Source of the DNA: Bacilli bacterium
GTDB taxonomy: Bacteria; Bacillota_I; Bacilli_A; RF39; UBA660
Direction: 5' to 3'
Length of the DNA stretch: 64,000 bases
Assembly (NCBI GenBank): GCA_017436345.1
Contig: JAFSDH010000004.1
Location: 2,661 to 66,660 of the forward strand
Part shown: positions 1 through 9,605 of the stretch, piece by piece
Position numbering within the stretch: the stretch's first letter is position 1
Layout of the letters: each line of letters starts with the position of its first letter
Made by a program: the position numbers and the translations under genes
Notes under the pieces: model-generated
Databases searched by the model: none
The model's input: only the letters and a program-made list of their open reading frames with translations
Told to the model about the DNA's origin: nothing

Positions 1-186
1 ATTAGAAGTATTATTTTTTTTCTGTTTAATTTCTGTAGTTCCGTCTTTATCAGAAATATCAAATTTTCCTGATGCTAAAATGGTCGGTTGTTCAATATTA
101 TCACTATGAATAGATATATCACAATCACAGACATCTATATTTATTGCATTTATATCACTTGATAACTTATACTCTTGTTTTTTCAT
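1..186 (-). CDS. hypothetical protein, 5' part only (gene continues past the left edge)
   Basis: The reverse strand has ATG at 186-184 preceded by an AGGTGA RBS (rc of 191-196). It stays open for 62 codons to position 1 (MKKQEYKLSSDINAINIDVCDCDISIHSDN...). It is absent from the ORF track because it is truncated. No family recognised. Confidence 0.4.
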   Translation of the reverse strand, partial: MKKQEYKLSSDINAINIDVCDCDISIHSDNIEQPTILASGKFDISDKDGTTEIKQKKNNTSN

Positions 187-290
187 AAAATCACCTGTTG
201 GTTATTATAAATTATTTATAAGTATAATGTCAAACATTGATATAAAAGAATAAAAACTCACAGTATTTCCAAGGCTGACAGCGTGAAATA

Positions 291-322
291 TAAAAAAAGA
301 ACTCAGTAATAACTAAGTTCTT
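291..322 (-). terminator. rho-independent terminator downstream of tRNA-Gly
   Basis: A 7-bp stem AAGAACT (297-303) pairs with AGTTCTT (316-322). The A-run at 292-298 becomes a T-run on the minus strand, 10 nt past the tRNA 3' end. Confidence 0.55.
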
Positions 323-332
323 AACTATCAAA

Positions 333-406
333 TGGAGCGGATGATGGGAATCGGACCCACGCAGTCAGCTTGGAAGGCTGAGGTTCTACCATTAAACTAC
401 ATCCGC
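333..406 (-). tRNA. tRNA-Gly (anticodon UCC)
   Basis: The reverse complement reads GCGGATGTAGTTTAATGGTAGAACCTCAGCCTTCCAAGCTGACTGCGTGGGTCCGATTCCCATCATCCGCTCCA. It has a cloverleaf with anticodon loop CTTCCAA, a T-arm, and an encoded CCA. Confidence 0.95.
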
Positions 407-462
407 ATCAGTAGACATTTACAAATATATCATAAGAATATTAGAAATGTCAATACTATTTT

Positions 463-975
463 TTAAAAAATTAAATCCAATACTCCGTAAGAGAAAATTG
501 CCATAATTATTCCTGCGATAAATACACCTAACACAGCGGCTAAAAAAGCCTTCTTTTTATCCATGTCAAGCATCGCAGCAATTAATGATCCTGTCCAAGC
601 TCCTGTACCTGGAAGAGGAATACCTACAAAGGCTACAATTCCCCAAAAGCCATATTTTTCAATTTGACCTTTTTTATTTTCTACTTTTTTATCTAGCCAT
701 TTAACAAATTTTTTAAAGCATTTGATTTTTCTCATCCAATCAATAACTTTTCTGATAAGCCATAATATGAAAGGAATTGGAATTATATTTGCTAAGAAAC
801 AAATAATAAAAGCTTTTATTAAAGATAAATCTAGCAATGCAGCAGCAATTAATCCACCCCTTAATTCAATAATTGGTAACATTGAAACGATAAACACTGT
901 AATACTTTTACCAATTTCAGAACTAGAAATACCACTAAATATATTTAAAAAAAACTCAACCAATGTCTCTGTCAT
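463..975 (-). CDS. small polytopic membrane protein (COG2426 small multidrug-export-like family, tentative)
   Basis: 170-aa ORF with several hydrophobic helices. The ELRGG and GTGAWTG patterns resemble that family from memory; not searched. Confidence 0.5.
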   Translation of the reverse strand: MTETLVEFFLNIFSGISSSEIGKSITVFIVSMLPIIELRGGLIAAALLDLSLIKAFIICFLANIIPIPFILWLIRKVIDWMRKIKCFKKFVKWLDKKVENKKGQIEKYGFWGIVAFVGIPLPGTGAWTGSLIAAMLDMDKKKAFLAAVLGVFIAGIIMAIFSYGVLDLIF

Positions 976-1076
976 TTATATCACTCCTAAACTTACTTAA
1001 TTATATTAAATAAAAATAATTAGGTCAATCTCTCATAATAAAGTATATTCATAAATATAATTAAATAGGTGAAGAA

Positions 1077-1685
1077 ATGGATAATTTTGTTTTAGATTTA
1101 ATAAATGATTTTGGATATATTGGCATGTTTTTTGGAATGATTTTAGAAGCAGTCATAATAATTATTCCGAGTGAATTAATACTAGCAACAGGTGGGATAT
1201 TAGCAAGCAAAAGAGTTTTTTCTTTACTAGGTGCATTTTTAATTGGACTTTTGGGAAGTGTGTTTTGCGCAATTATAATATACTTTATGGGTTATTTTGG
1301 AGGAAGTGCTTTTTCTAAAAAATATGGAAAATATTTTTTTATGAAAGAAAATGAAATAGAAAAGAGCAATGATTGGTTTGAAAAATATGGTTTATTAGCA
1401 GCATGTGTAGGTAGAAATATTCCCATTATAAGAACTTTGGTTTCTTTGCCAATAGGGATTGCCAAATTATCTTTTACTAAATTTGTGATATACACAACTA
1501 TTGGTAGTATTCCTTGGACGTTTGTTTTTGTCTACTTTGGGTATGCATTAGGAAATAATTGGACAATTCTAAAAGAATTTACTTCAAAAATTAAAGTTCC
1601 TATTAAAATACTTATAATAATATTAGTTATTTATTATATTTTTAAAAAAATTGTAAAAAATAAAAGAAATAATAAAGTTATTTAG
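1077..1685 (+). CDS. DedA / SNARE-associated family membrane protein
   Basis: 202 aa and multi-TM. The N-terminal GYIGMFFGMILEAV..IPSE segment and the overall layout are typical of DedA proteins. Confidence 0.7.
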   Translation: MDNFVLDLINDFGYIGMFFGMILEAVIIIIPSELILATGGILASKRVFSLLGAFLIGLLGSVFCAIIIYFMGYFGGSAFSKKYGKYFFMKENEIEKSNDWFEKYGLLAACVGRNIPIIRTLVSLPIGIAKLSFTKFVIYTTIGSIPWTFVFVYFGYALGNNWTILKEFTSKIKVPIKILIIILVIYYIFKKIVKNKRNNKVI

Positions 1686-3135
1686 AAACTTTGATGTCGT
1701 GTGAAGCAGGACCATATAATAAATTTCCATCTACATCAAAACTAGAACCATGGCATGGACAATCCCATGTTTTTGTTTGATAGTTAAAAGATAAACTACA
1801 TTTCATATGAGGACACAGATTTAAAACCTTATGTTCTTTTTTATCTTCATCTATATAAACACCATAATATACACCATTTTCTTTAACAATTTTTACATTG
1901 TCATAATAGAAAGTTTTATTTTTATTAATCTTTGTATTAATAAATGAAAAAGAATTTTGAATATTAAAATTAATGATTTTAGGAATATTATTTATATTTC
2001 TCTTTGGATCAAATAGTTCTGAATATTTATTCTTCTTATTATCTATTAAATCACTTATTATTTTACCCGCAAGTATGCCATTTGTCATTCCCCATGTATT
2101 ATAACCAGTGGCAAGATACATATTATTATCAATTTCTCCGATAAGCGGCATGTAATCCCAAGTTAAAATATCATAATTACTCCAACAATATTCTACAAGT
2201 GGTGTGAAATTTTTTCGTATATTCCATATTATTTTATCTCTTTTTTTTATATTATTAACATTATTATCCAAGGAATTTGTTTCTCCAACATATAGTAAAA
2301 AGTTTTTTTTATCTTTATGATATCTAAGAGAAATAACTGATTTGTCGACGTTAATGGCTGAAATCGGTTTAGTTTTTTCAACAACTCCTGCTGCTAAAAA
2401 AGATTTTTCCAAAGATGTTTTAAAAGGAAATAAATAAGGAAGTAAGAAGAAAGGATAATGACAAGCTAAAATAACCTGTTTTGTTTTTATTATTTTGTTA
2501 TTAGCTTTAAGTAAATAAAAATCATTATCTTTTTTTATTGAAGAAATATTGGTGTTTTCGTAAATGTCAATTTTATCTTTAACAATTTCGCTAAGATTTA
2601 GAACGAATTTAACAGGATGAAATACAAATGTATCATTTACTTCTAAAGAATTACAACATTTTGTTTGGATAGGCAAATTCTTTTTCTTCTTAATATTACA
2701 AGAATCCTTTAATAAATTATAATTTTTTAAAATTTTGTTTTTATTTTGATGTGAAGTGCAAAATATATATGAATTAACGGAATCTAAATTACACTTAATA
2801 TCATTTTCAATTATAATTTTTTTCGCCAAGGAAATAGCATCTTTTTGTGAGTTTAAATATAGTAATGCCTTATCTTTATTGTATATATTCTCAATTTTAC
2901 TAATTTTATCATCTTGTAAATATGTAAGTTTTCCAGTTGATTTTGCAGTTGTACCCGTGCAAAGCTTATTTCTTTCAACTAATACAATTTTCTTTTTTAA
3001 ATCTTTTAGAAAATAAGCACAACTTAATCCAGTTATTCCACCGCCAATTATTACTATATCGCACATAATATCATTAGACAGTTTAGAAAACTTTTTCCTA
3101 TTAATGCCATCTAACCAAATAGATTTATCTTTCAT
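1678..3135 (-). CDS. FAD-dependent oxidoreductase with C-terminal Rieske [2Fe-2S] domain
   Basis: N-terminal dinucleotide-binding motif DIVIIGGGITGLSCAYFL. C-terminal Rieske ligand pattern CPHMKC...CPCHGS. 485 aa. Confidence 0.75.
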   Translation of the reverse strand: MKDKSIWLDGINRKKFSKLSNDIMCDIVIIGGGITGLSCAYFLKDLKKKIVLVERNKLCTGTTAKSTGKLTYLQDDKISKIENIYNKDKALLYLNSQKDAISLAKKIIIENDIKCNLDSVNSYIFCTSHQNKNKILKNYNLLKDSCNIKKKKNLPIQTKCCNSLEVNDTFVFHPVKFVLNLSEIVKDKIDIYENTNISSIKKDNDFYLLKANNKIIKTKQVILACHYPFFLLPYLFPFKTSLEKSFLAAGVVEKTKPISAINVDKSVISLRYHKDKKNFLLYVGETNSLDNNVNNIKKRDKIIWNIRKNFTPLVEYCWSNYDILTWDYMPLIGEIDNNMYLATGYNTWGMTNGILAGKIISDLIDNKKNKYSELFDPKRNINNIPKIINFNIQNSFSFINTKINKNKTFYYDNVKIVKENGVYYGVYIDEDKKEHKVLNLCPHMKCSLSFNYQTKTWDCPCHGSSFDVDGNLLYGPASHDIKVSK

Positions 3136-3195
3136 ATTATCACCATTATATAATGAACTTTAATAAAAAAAATATTCATAGCTGAATAAAAAATC

Positions 3196-3223
3196 TTGAA
3201 ATTTTATGATTTTATGGTATAAT
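3196..3223 (+). promoter_or_regulatory. sigma-A type promoter upstream of typA
   Basis: TTGAAA (3196-3201), a 16-nt spacer, then extended -10 TGgTATAAT (3215-3223). Confidence 0.55.
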
Positions 3224-3252
3224 TGTAAAAGTTTATGGAAGAAGTGGTATAT

Positions 3253-5061
3253 ATGAAAAAAAGAAATGTAGCAATTATTGCGCACGTTGACCATGGTAAA
3301 ACTACTTTGGTTGATGAAATTTTAAAATCTAGTGGAACATTTAGAGAAAATGAAGATTTATCAAATGCTTCAATGGATTCAAACCAATTAGAAAGAGAAA
3401 GAGGTATTACAATTTTAGCTAAGACTACAGCTATTAATTATAATGACTATCGTATTAATATTTTAGACACTCCAGGGCATGCTGATTTCGGTGGAGAAGT
3501 AGAAAGAATTATGAATATGGTAGATGGTGTTATTCTTGTTGTAGATGCTTATGAAGGAACAATGCCTCAAACTAGATTTGTTTTAAAGAAAGCTCTTGCT
3601 GCCAAAGCAAAACCAATTGTTGTAATTAATAAAGTAGATAAAGAAAGTGCTAGATGTGCTGAAGTAGTAGATGAAGTACTAGAACTATTTATCGATTTAG
3701 GTGCCGATGAAGAACAATTAGAATTCCCTGTTGTATATGCATCAGCTATAAATGGTACAAGTAGTTTAAGTGATGATTTATCAACTCAAACTCCAGGGTT
3801 TACAGAATTATTAGATTTAATTATTTCAGAAATTCCAGCACCAACTGGTAATGAAGAAGAAGATTTACAATTCCAACCTGCTTTACTTGATTATAATGAT
3901 TACGTAGGTAGAATAGGTGTAGGAAGAGTACACAATGGTAAAATTAAAGTAGGTCAAATGGTTAATTGTCACCGTCTAGATGGGACTACAAAGCAATTTC
4001 GTGTTCAAAAATTATTTGGATATTTAGGGTTAAAGAAAATTGAAATCGAAGAAGCATGTGCAGGGGATATTTGTGCTGTAGCAGGTCTTCCTGATATTTC
4101 AGTAGGAGAAACATTATGCGAAGTAGGTAAGGATAAACCACTACCAAAATTACATATTGATGAACCGACATTACAAATGACAATTGGTACTAATTCATCT
4201 CCATTCTGTGGTAAAGATGGTTCGCTTTTAACAGCAAGAAAAATTGAAGAACGATTAATGAAAGAAACACAAAGAGATGTAAGTTTAAAAGTTGCTCCTA
4301 ATGATAGTGAAAGTTGGATTGTGTCTGGGCGTGGTGAATTACATTTAGGAATTTTAATCGAAAATATGAGAAGAGAAGGATTTGAACTTGAAGTATCAAA
4401 ACCAGCTGTAATCATTAAAGAAGAAAATGGTCAAAAATTAGAACCGTACGAAGAATTACAAATTGAATGTCCAGATGACACCGTTGGAACAGTAATTGAA
4501 CAATTAGGACTTCGTGGTGCTAATATGGAAAATATGATATCAGCAAATGGACAAACAAGACTTTTATATACAATTCCTTCCCGTGGTTTAATTGGTTTTA
4601 CAACTGATTTCTTAACAATGACTAAAGGTTATGGAATTATCAATCATACATTTAAAGAATATCGTGAAATGGTAAGTGTAGATATTGGTGAAAGAAAATT
4701 AGGTGTACTAGTTTCTATGGAAAATGGAAAAACAACAGCATATGCTTTAGGAGCCTTAGAGGACCGTGGAGTAATGTTTGTTGAACCAGGTGTAGAAGTT
4801 TACGAGGGAATGATTGTTGGTGAACACTCTAGAGAAAATGATTTAGCTGTTAATGCTGTTAAAGGAAAAAATTTAACAAACGTTAGAGCATCAGGTAGTG
4901 ATCATACAGTTGTTTTAAAAAGACCAAGACCAATTACTCTTGAGTATGCTTTAGACTATATTAACTCTGATGAATTAGTTGAAGTTACACCTTCTAATAT
5001 AAGATTGAGAAAAAGAATACTTAATACTGAAACAAGAAAGAAATTCGATGCTAAAAAGTAA
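3253..5061 (+). CDS. typA: translational GTPase TypA/BipA
   Basis: GTPase motifs [17 protein letters not shown] and NKVD, with full-length EF-G-like architecture typical of BipA. The ORF track starts at 3235, but that ATG sits only 12 nt after the -10 box. The ATG at 3253 ([18 protein letters not shown]) is the more likely start. Confidence 0.93.
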   Translation: MKKRNVAIIAHVDHGKTTLVDEILKSSGTFRENEDLSNASMDSNQLERERGITILAKTTAINYNDYRINILDTPGHADFGGEVERIMNMVDGVILVVDAYEGTMPQTRFVLKKALAAKAKPIVVINKVDKESARCAEVVDEVLELFIDLGADEEQLEFPVVYASAINGTSSLSDDLSTQTPGFTELLDLIISEIPAPTGNEEEDLQFQPALLDYNDYVGRIGVGRVHNGKIKVGQMVNCHRLDGTTKQFRVQKLFGYLGLKKIEIEEACAGDICAVAGLPDISVGETLCEVGKDKPLPKLHIDEPTLQMTIGTNSSPFCGKDGSLLTARKIEERLMKETQRDVSLKVAPNDSESWIVSGRGELHLGILIENMRREGFELEVSKPAVIIKEENGQKLEPYEELQIECPDDTVGTVIEQLGLRGANMENMISANGQTRLLYTIPSRGLIGFTTDFLTMTKGYGIINHTFKEYREMVSVDIGERKLGVLVSMENGKTTAYALGALEDRGVMFVEPGVEVYEGMIVGEHSRENDLAVNAVKGKNLTNVRASGSDHTVVLKRPRPITLEYALDYINSDELVEVTPSNIRLRKRILNTETRKKFDAKK

Positions 5062-5118
5062 TTTCTTTTTTTCTTTTTCTTTGTTATAATTATTTTATAA
5101 ATAGAAAGTGGTGAAGAG

Positions 5119-5685
5119 ATGGCAACTAAAAAGAAAGAAAATAATAAAAAAGTTACGAAAAAGCAACCAGTAGTTGCACAAGAAGAAGTACGCATTATTA
5201 AACCAAAGAATTATGTTATATTATCATTAATTTTTATTTTTACATTTGCATTAGTTATCCTATTAAGAAATTGGTATATTTCATATCACAACTATGAATT
5301 ATCAATCTCTGTATTAAAAGATAAACTAAACGAAGTAACAATTGAAGAAATAGATACTTATTTAGCAGAAAACTTAGATGCGATTATATATATCGAAGTA
5401 AGTGAAGATGAAAATTCTCGCGAAGTTGCAGAAGGATTGTTAAATATAGTTAAAGAAAGAAATTTAACAGATCGTGTAGTTTATTTAAATATAAGTTCTG
5501 TTAAAGATAAAGAAAAATTCTTAAATGATTTCAGTCAAAAATATGGAATTGAAGAAAAAATTGAATATTATCCGGCTTTAGTATTATTTTATGAAGGAAA
5601 AATTGAAACATTTGCATCACGAACAGAAAATCAAAGATTAAATATTGGTAATGTTGAGCAATTGTTTGATGAATATGAGTTGTAG
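5119..5685 (+). CDS. membrane-anchored thioredoxin-fold-like protein lacking CxxC (hypothetical)
   Basis: Lys-rich N-terminus and one TM (YVILSLIFIFTFALVILL). The C-terminal domain carries a YPALVLFYEGK beta-strand pattern typical of the thioredoxin fold, but has no cysteine pair. It resembles the product of 38691..39194. Confidence 0.35.
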   Translation: MATKKKENNKKVTKKQPVVAQEEVRIIKPKNYVILSLIFIFTFALVILLRNWYISYHNYELSISVLKDKLNEVTIEEIDTYLAENLDAIIYIEVSEDENSREVAEGLLNIVKERNLTDRVVYLNISSVKDKEKFLNDFSQKYGIEEKIEYYPALVLFYEGKIETFASRTENQRLNIGNVEQLFDEYEL

Positions 5686-5691
5686 AAATTT

Positions 5692-6201
5692 ATGATAAAT
5701 ATTGTATTATATGAACCTGAGATACCAGGAAACACTGGTAACATTATGCGCACATGTGTAGCAACAGGAACACGATTACATCTAATTGAACCATTAGGAT
5801 TTAAATTAGATGAGAGTAGTATAAAAAGAAGCGGAGTAAACTATATTGATAAACTTGAATATAAAGTTTATAAAAATTGGGATGAATTTAAAAAAGCTAA
5901 CAAAGGAACATATTATTTTTTTACAAGATATGGTCATAAGCCACATAGTAGCTTTGATTATTCTAACAAAGAAGAAGATATATATTTAATTTTTGGTAAA
6001 GAGTCAACCGGTATACCTAAAGAAATATTGCGTGAAGATTTAGATAGGTGTATGAGAATACCAATGACTGACAATGTAAGAAGTCTTAATTTATCTAATT
6101 GTGCCGCTATTGTTTTATATGAAGTTTTAAGACAACAAGATTATCGAGATTTATTAAGAGATGAGCCGCATAAAGATAAAGATTTTATAATAAAAGATTA
6201 A
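5692..6201 (+). CDS. trmL: tRNA (cytidine/uridine-2'-O-)-methyltransferase TrmL (SpoU/TrmH family)
   Basis: N-terminal LYEPEIPGNTGNIMRTC and C-terminal SLNLSNCAAIVLYE knot motifs. The 169-aa size is typical of TrmL/YibK. Confidence 0.85.
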   Translation: MINIVLYEPEIPGNTGNIMRTCVATGTRLHLIEPLGFKLDESSIKRSGVNYIDKLEYKVYKNWDEFKKANKGTYYFFTRYGHKPHSSFDYSNKEEDIYLIFGKESTGIPKEILREDLDRCMRIPMTDNVRSLNLSNCAAIVLYEVLRQQDYRDLLRDEPHKDKDFIIKD

Positions 6202-6218
6202 AAAAATTAAAAATGTTG

Positions 6219-6247
6219 TTGACAAAAATCAATTGATATAATATACT
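6219..6247 (+). promoter_or_regulatory. sigma-A type promoter for tRNA-Ala
   Basis: TTGACA (6219-6224), a 17-nt spacer, then TATACT (6242-6247). The tRNA starts 26 nt downstream. Confidence 0.55.
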
Positions 6248-6272
6248 TTTATTTGTCAGTTGATGAACAACT

Positions 6273-6348
6273 GGGGCATTAGCTCAGCTGGGAGAGCGCC
6301 ACGTTTGCACCGTGGAGGTCAGCGGTTCGATCCCGCTATGCTCCACCA
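6273..6348 (+). tRNA. tRNA-Ala (anticodon UGC)
   Basis: GGGGCATTAGCTCAGCTGGGAGAGCGCCACGTTTGCACCGTGGAGGTCAGCGGTTCGATCCCGCTATGCTCCACCA. Includes the G3:U70 Ala identity pair, anticodon loop TTTGCAC, and an encoded CCA. Confidence 0.95.
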
Positions 6349-6357
6349 TATGAATTC

Positions 6358-6383
6358 AAACTCGAGTAAAATCGAGTTTTTTT
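6358..6383 (+). terminator. rho-independent terminator after tRNA-Ala
   Basis: Stem ACTCGA (6360-6365) pairs with TCGAGT (6372-6377), followed by a T-run to 6383. Confidence 0.7.
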
Positions 6384-6594
6384 AAAGGAAAAATTGTTGA
6401 TATATCATATAATTCTAATGACGAAAAGTATTATTGTATAGAATATGATGATGATTTTAAACATTTAGATGAAGATATGGGAATAGTATATCTAACAGAA
6501 GAAAAAATAATGGACACTGAATAGTGTCTTTTTTTTGTAAATATTTGAATAAAGTACTAATATATTTAATAAAAATGATATAATTAAATAGAGG

Positions 6595-7401
6595 ATGAGA
6601 AATATGAGTAAAAGTATAATTATTGGTAGTTTAAATATTCAAAACAAATATAAATTAACAGATTACGATGGATTAGATGAAAAAGGAAATGACAATGCTC
6701 AATTATTAAATCGATTTTTAATAGAAAATAATATTGATATATTAGGAACACAGGAATTAGTTAGAGATTTTATAGAGCGAATTAAAGATACGATAAAACC
6801 GAAATATAAAATGTATGGTAATTTTCGTTTTGGCAGTTCTAAACTTGTAAGAAAATTAGAAATCTTTGATAAATTTAACGAAACTGTTAGTGTTATTACA
6901 AAACATTCTGTTCAAAAAAATAAAACGGTTACTTTGCCATGGTTTCCTATGAATCCTAAAGATATTTATAAAAGTATAAAGTGTGGTTCTCTTCGTCCGC
7001 GTGTTGCTACAATGACACTAATTGATATTGAAGATTTTGGAAAAATTAATTTTATCAATACTCACCTTGATCATAAAATGTCTATTATTCAAATAAAGCA
7101 GATGAATTATTTATATGATTTAATAAAAAAATCTAAGTACCCAGTTGTCTTAACGGGAGACTTTAACATGACACTTAATTTTCCACGTTTTAGGAAATTT
7201 GTAGAAAATTTAAACCAAATTGGTTATATTCGTGTTCCTAATAATGAATTAACTTGGAAAAAACAAAAAGATAAGCTACCGATTGATCATATTTTTATTC
7301 CAAACTCATGGAAAATAGAAGAAATAGCAGTTATCAAAGATAAGTATTTGAACCATTTTAGTGACCATTATCCGCTTTTGGTTAAAGTATCAAAAAAGTA
7401 A
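6595..7401 (+). CDS. endonuclease/exonuclease/phosphatase (EEP) family protein
   Basis: Shows the EEP-fold motifs NTHLDH, TGDFN, IDHIF and C-terminal SDHYPL. The start could instead be the ATG at 6604, which has better RBS spacing. Confidence 0.75.
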   Translation: MRNMSKSIIIGSLNIQNKYKLTDYDGLDEKGNDNAQLLNRFLIENNIDILGTQELVRDFIERIKDTIKPKYKMYGNFRFGSSKLVRKLEIFDKFNETVSVITKHSVQKNKTVTLPWFPMNPKDIYKSIKCGSLRPRVATMTLIDIEDFGKINFINTHLDHKMSIIQIKQMNYLYDLIKKSKYPVVLTGDFNMTLNFPRFRKFVENLNQIGYIRVPNNELTWKKQKDKLPIDHIFIPNSWKIEEIAVIKDKYLNHFSDHYPLLVKVSKK

Positions 7402-7423
7402 GTCTCGGGTGAGACTTTTTTTT
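7401..7423 (+). terminator. rho-independent terminator
   Basis: Stem GTCTC (7402-7406), loop GGGT, stem GAGAC (7411-7415), then a T-run. Confidence 0.7.
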
Positions 7424-7517
7424 ATATAAAAATATTTGTAAATAAATGGTAAATTCAATTTACTTATTAATAGAAAAAATGATACAATCAAATTAGTTCA
7501 TTAAGGAGATGTTTTAA

Positions 7518-8885
7518 ATGATATTAATCCCTAAAAAAGGTTGTAACGAAATAAAATATGATAGTGATTTGGCCAAAAAATTAGAACATGTAATAATCAT
7601 CAACGATGTTGACAGTAGCAATGTTGGGGATTTATTTAGTATATGGAATCAAAAATGTAAGGTAACAATTTGTAATGACATAACAGATTATTATGATTTT
7701 ATCAAAAAAGAAAAAAAATTAACTCCTAATACTAATATAATGATTATAGGAACTAAAAATACAAGTTATGAAACTATTTTAGAATATAAGAATTTAACAT
7801 CATTTTATTTATTTTATACTAATGAAGTTAAAAAAATTGAAAAAGAAATGTCCAAATGGAATAAAACTTTTATTAATAAAAAAGATAATATCTTAGTAAA
7901 AGATGCAATGACTAAATTTGTTTTTATGAATTCAAATGGAAAATATCTAAGAGCACTTTTGATTGCTTTAGGTTACTTTATTGCAACAAAAAAGGATGAT
8001 AATTCATATTTACCATTAGCTGCGGCTTACGAAACTTTTCAAACTTCAATTTTAGTACATGATGATATTATTGATAATGCTGAATTACGTCGTGGTAAAA
8101 AAACGATTCATCAAAAATATTTAGAAAAATTTGATAAATATGATCTGTTAGATGATAATTTTAAGAATAGAAAAATTAATACAGCTAATTCGATAGGAAT
8201 TTGTGTTGGCGACATTGGTTTTTATATTGCTAATAATATGATTGTTGAAAGTTATATGAATAATCCTAATCTAGGTAAAGTGTTAAAAGCATATAATGAT
8301 ATAGTTATAAATACTGGTAAAGGAGAACTTATTGATGTTGTTTTACCTTTTAATGAACAATATTATTCGAAGAATAAATGCTTAGAAAAAGATATTATGG
8401 AAATATATAATCTTAAAACATCTTGGTATACTATAGTTGGACCAACATCTTTAGGATTATTGTTAGGTGGTAGTAGTGATAGAGTAGTTGAATCAATTAT
8501 AAAAGCTTTAACACCGCTTGGTACAGCATTTCAAATAAAAGATGATATTTTGGGAATATATGGAAATATAAAGAGTTTAGGGAAAAGTAATACATCAGAT
8601 ATAACAGAATTCAAACAAACAATTTTATATTCATATGTTGTTAATGAAACAGAATATAAAGAAGAATTAAGAAAATATTATGGGAAAAATAATTTAACCG
8701 AAAAAGATTTTAATAGAGTAAGAGATATTTTTGATAAAAGTGGTGCTAAAAAATATGCGATAGATAAAATGAATGATTTATTTATTGAATCTAAAAAACT
8801 AGTTATTAAAAATCGTAATATCCCAACTTATTACAAAGAAGTATTATTAGGGTTTATTACATACTTGGAAATAAGAGATAATTAA
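7518..8885 (+). CDS. polyprenyl (isoprenyl) diphosphate synthase family protein with ~110-aa N-terminal extension
   Basis: First Asp-rich motif LVHDDIIDNAELRRGK and second Asp-rich motif FQIKDDILG. Strong RBS (AAGGAG) before 7518. The catalytic domain begins around residue 130. Confidence 0.8.
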   Translation: MILIPKKGCNEIKYDSDLAKKLEHVIIINDVDSSNVGDLFSIWNQKCKVTICNDITDYYDFIKKEKKLTPNTNIMIIGTKNTSYETILEYKNLTSFYLFYTNEVKKIEKEMSKWNKTFINKKDNILVKDAMTKFVFMNSNGKYLRALLIALGYFIATKKDDNSYLPLAAAYETFQTSILVHDDIIDNAELRRGKKTIHQKYLEKFDKYDLLDDNFKNRKINTANSIGICVGDIGFYIANNMIVESYMNNPNLGKVLKAYNDIVINTGKGELIDVVLPFNEQYYSKNKCLEKDIMEIYNLKTSWYTIVGPTSLGLLLGGSSDRVVESIIKALTPLGTAFQIKDDILGIYGNIKSLGKSNTSDITEFKQTILYSYVVNETEYKEELRKYYGKNNLTEKDFNRVRDIFDKSGAKKYAIDKMNDLFIESKKLVIKNRNIPTYYKEVLLGFITYLEIRDN

Positions 8886-8918
8886 GCAACACTAGTTGCT
8901 TTTTTATTTGGAGGATAT

Positions 8919-9548
8919 ATGAAAAATAAACCAAAAATCAACTTAAAATACATAGAAGAAACAACAATAAGTGAATTAGATTTCGAATATGATATAGAAT
9001 ATAAAAAAATAGAGAATTCAGAATTTGAAAAAAACATTAAAGGAATTGAATTAAATGCATGTATCTTTGAAAAAGTAGATTTTTCAAGAGTAAAAGTAGA
9101 AAAGATAGATTTGATAGATTGTATCTTTAATAATTGTGATTTATCTAATGTAGATTTATCTGAAAAGTTAGTTCTTAGATGTGAATTTAATAATTGTAAA
9201 CTTATAGGTGCTAAGTTTAATGAAACATCTATTCAAAGTACAGTTTTCAGTAATTGTAATATGAGCTATACCAATTTTAATAATTCAAGAATAAAAGAAT
9301 TGGAATTTAATGATAGTAATTTAAAGGATTCATCATTTATTGAGGTAGAACATTCAAAATTAGAATTTAACCAAAGTATTCTTGAGTCTGCTGAATTCTT
9401 TAACACAAAATTAAAAGATGTAGATTTATCTACATCAAACATTGAAGGAATTATAATTAATCCTAAAGACTTAAGAGGTTCATACATTAATAGTTATCAA
9501 GCTACATTGATAATAAGGGGACTTGGGATAAATATAAAAGATGAATAA
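8919..9548 (+). CDS. pentapeptide-repeat protein
   Basis: Long run of A(D/N)LxX-type pentapeptides, e.g. NNCDLSNVDLSEKLVLRCEFNNCKLIGAKFNETSIQSTVFSNCNMSYTNFNNSRI. Confidence 0.75.
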   Translation: MKNKPKINLKYIEETTISELDFEYDIEYKKIENSEFEKNIKGIELNACIFEKVDFSRVKVEKIDLIDCIFNNCDLSNVDLSEKLVLRCEFNNCKLIGAKFNETSIQSTVFSNCNMSYTNFNNSRIKELEFNDSNLKDSSFIEVEHSKLEFNQSILESAEFFNTKLKDVDLSTSNIEGIIINPKDLRGSYINSYQATLIIRGLGINIKDE

Positions 9549-9605
9549 TATACAAATAATAAAATATATGTTATTATAAAATCAGTTAGTAAAGAAGGTT
9601 GAAAT

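Noticed and set aside
722-3016. Short alternative-frame or antisense ORFs 722..1000, 1292..1495 and 2756..3016
   Set aside because: Each overlaps a longer ORF with a coherent membrane or enzyme signature on the other strand. Their translations are Ile/Phe/Lys-rich, as expected from AT-rich antisense sequence.
3986-4415. Two overlapping minus-strand ORFs (65 and 136 aa), antisense to typA
   Set aside because: They are embedded in a highly conserved GTPase gene, have no recognisable motifs and no RBS. They are shadow ORFs.
6354-6524. Open frame without an ATG between the tRNA-Ala terminator and a second hairpin/T-run (GACACTGAATAGTGTC at about 6513-6528). It translates to ...IVDISYNSNDEKYYCIEYDDDFKHLDEDMGIVYLTEEKIMDTE
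   Set aside because: It has no plausible start codon or RBS (the only in-frame ATG would give 15 aa) and begins inside the tRNA terminator. It may be the 3' remnant of a lost gene that kept its terminator. I cannot support it as a gene or pseudogene without a homology search.
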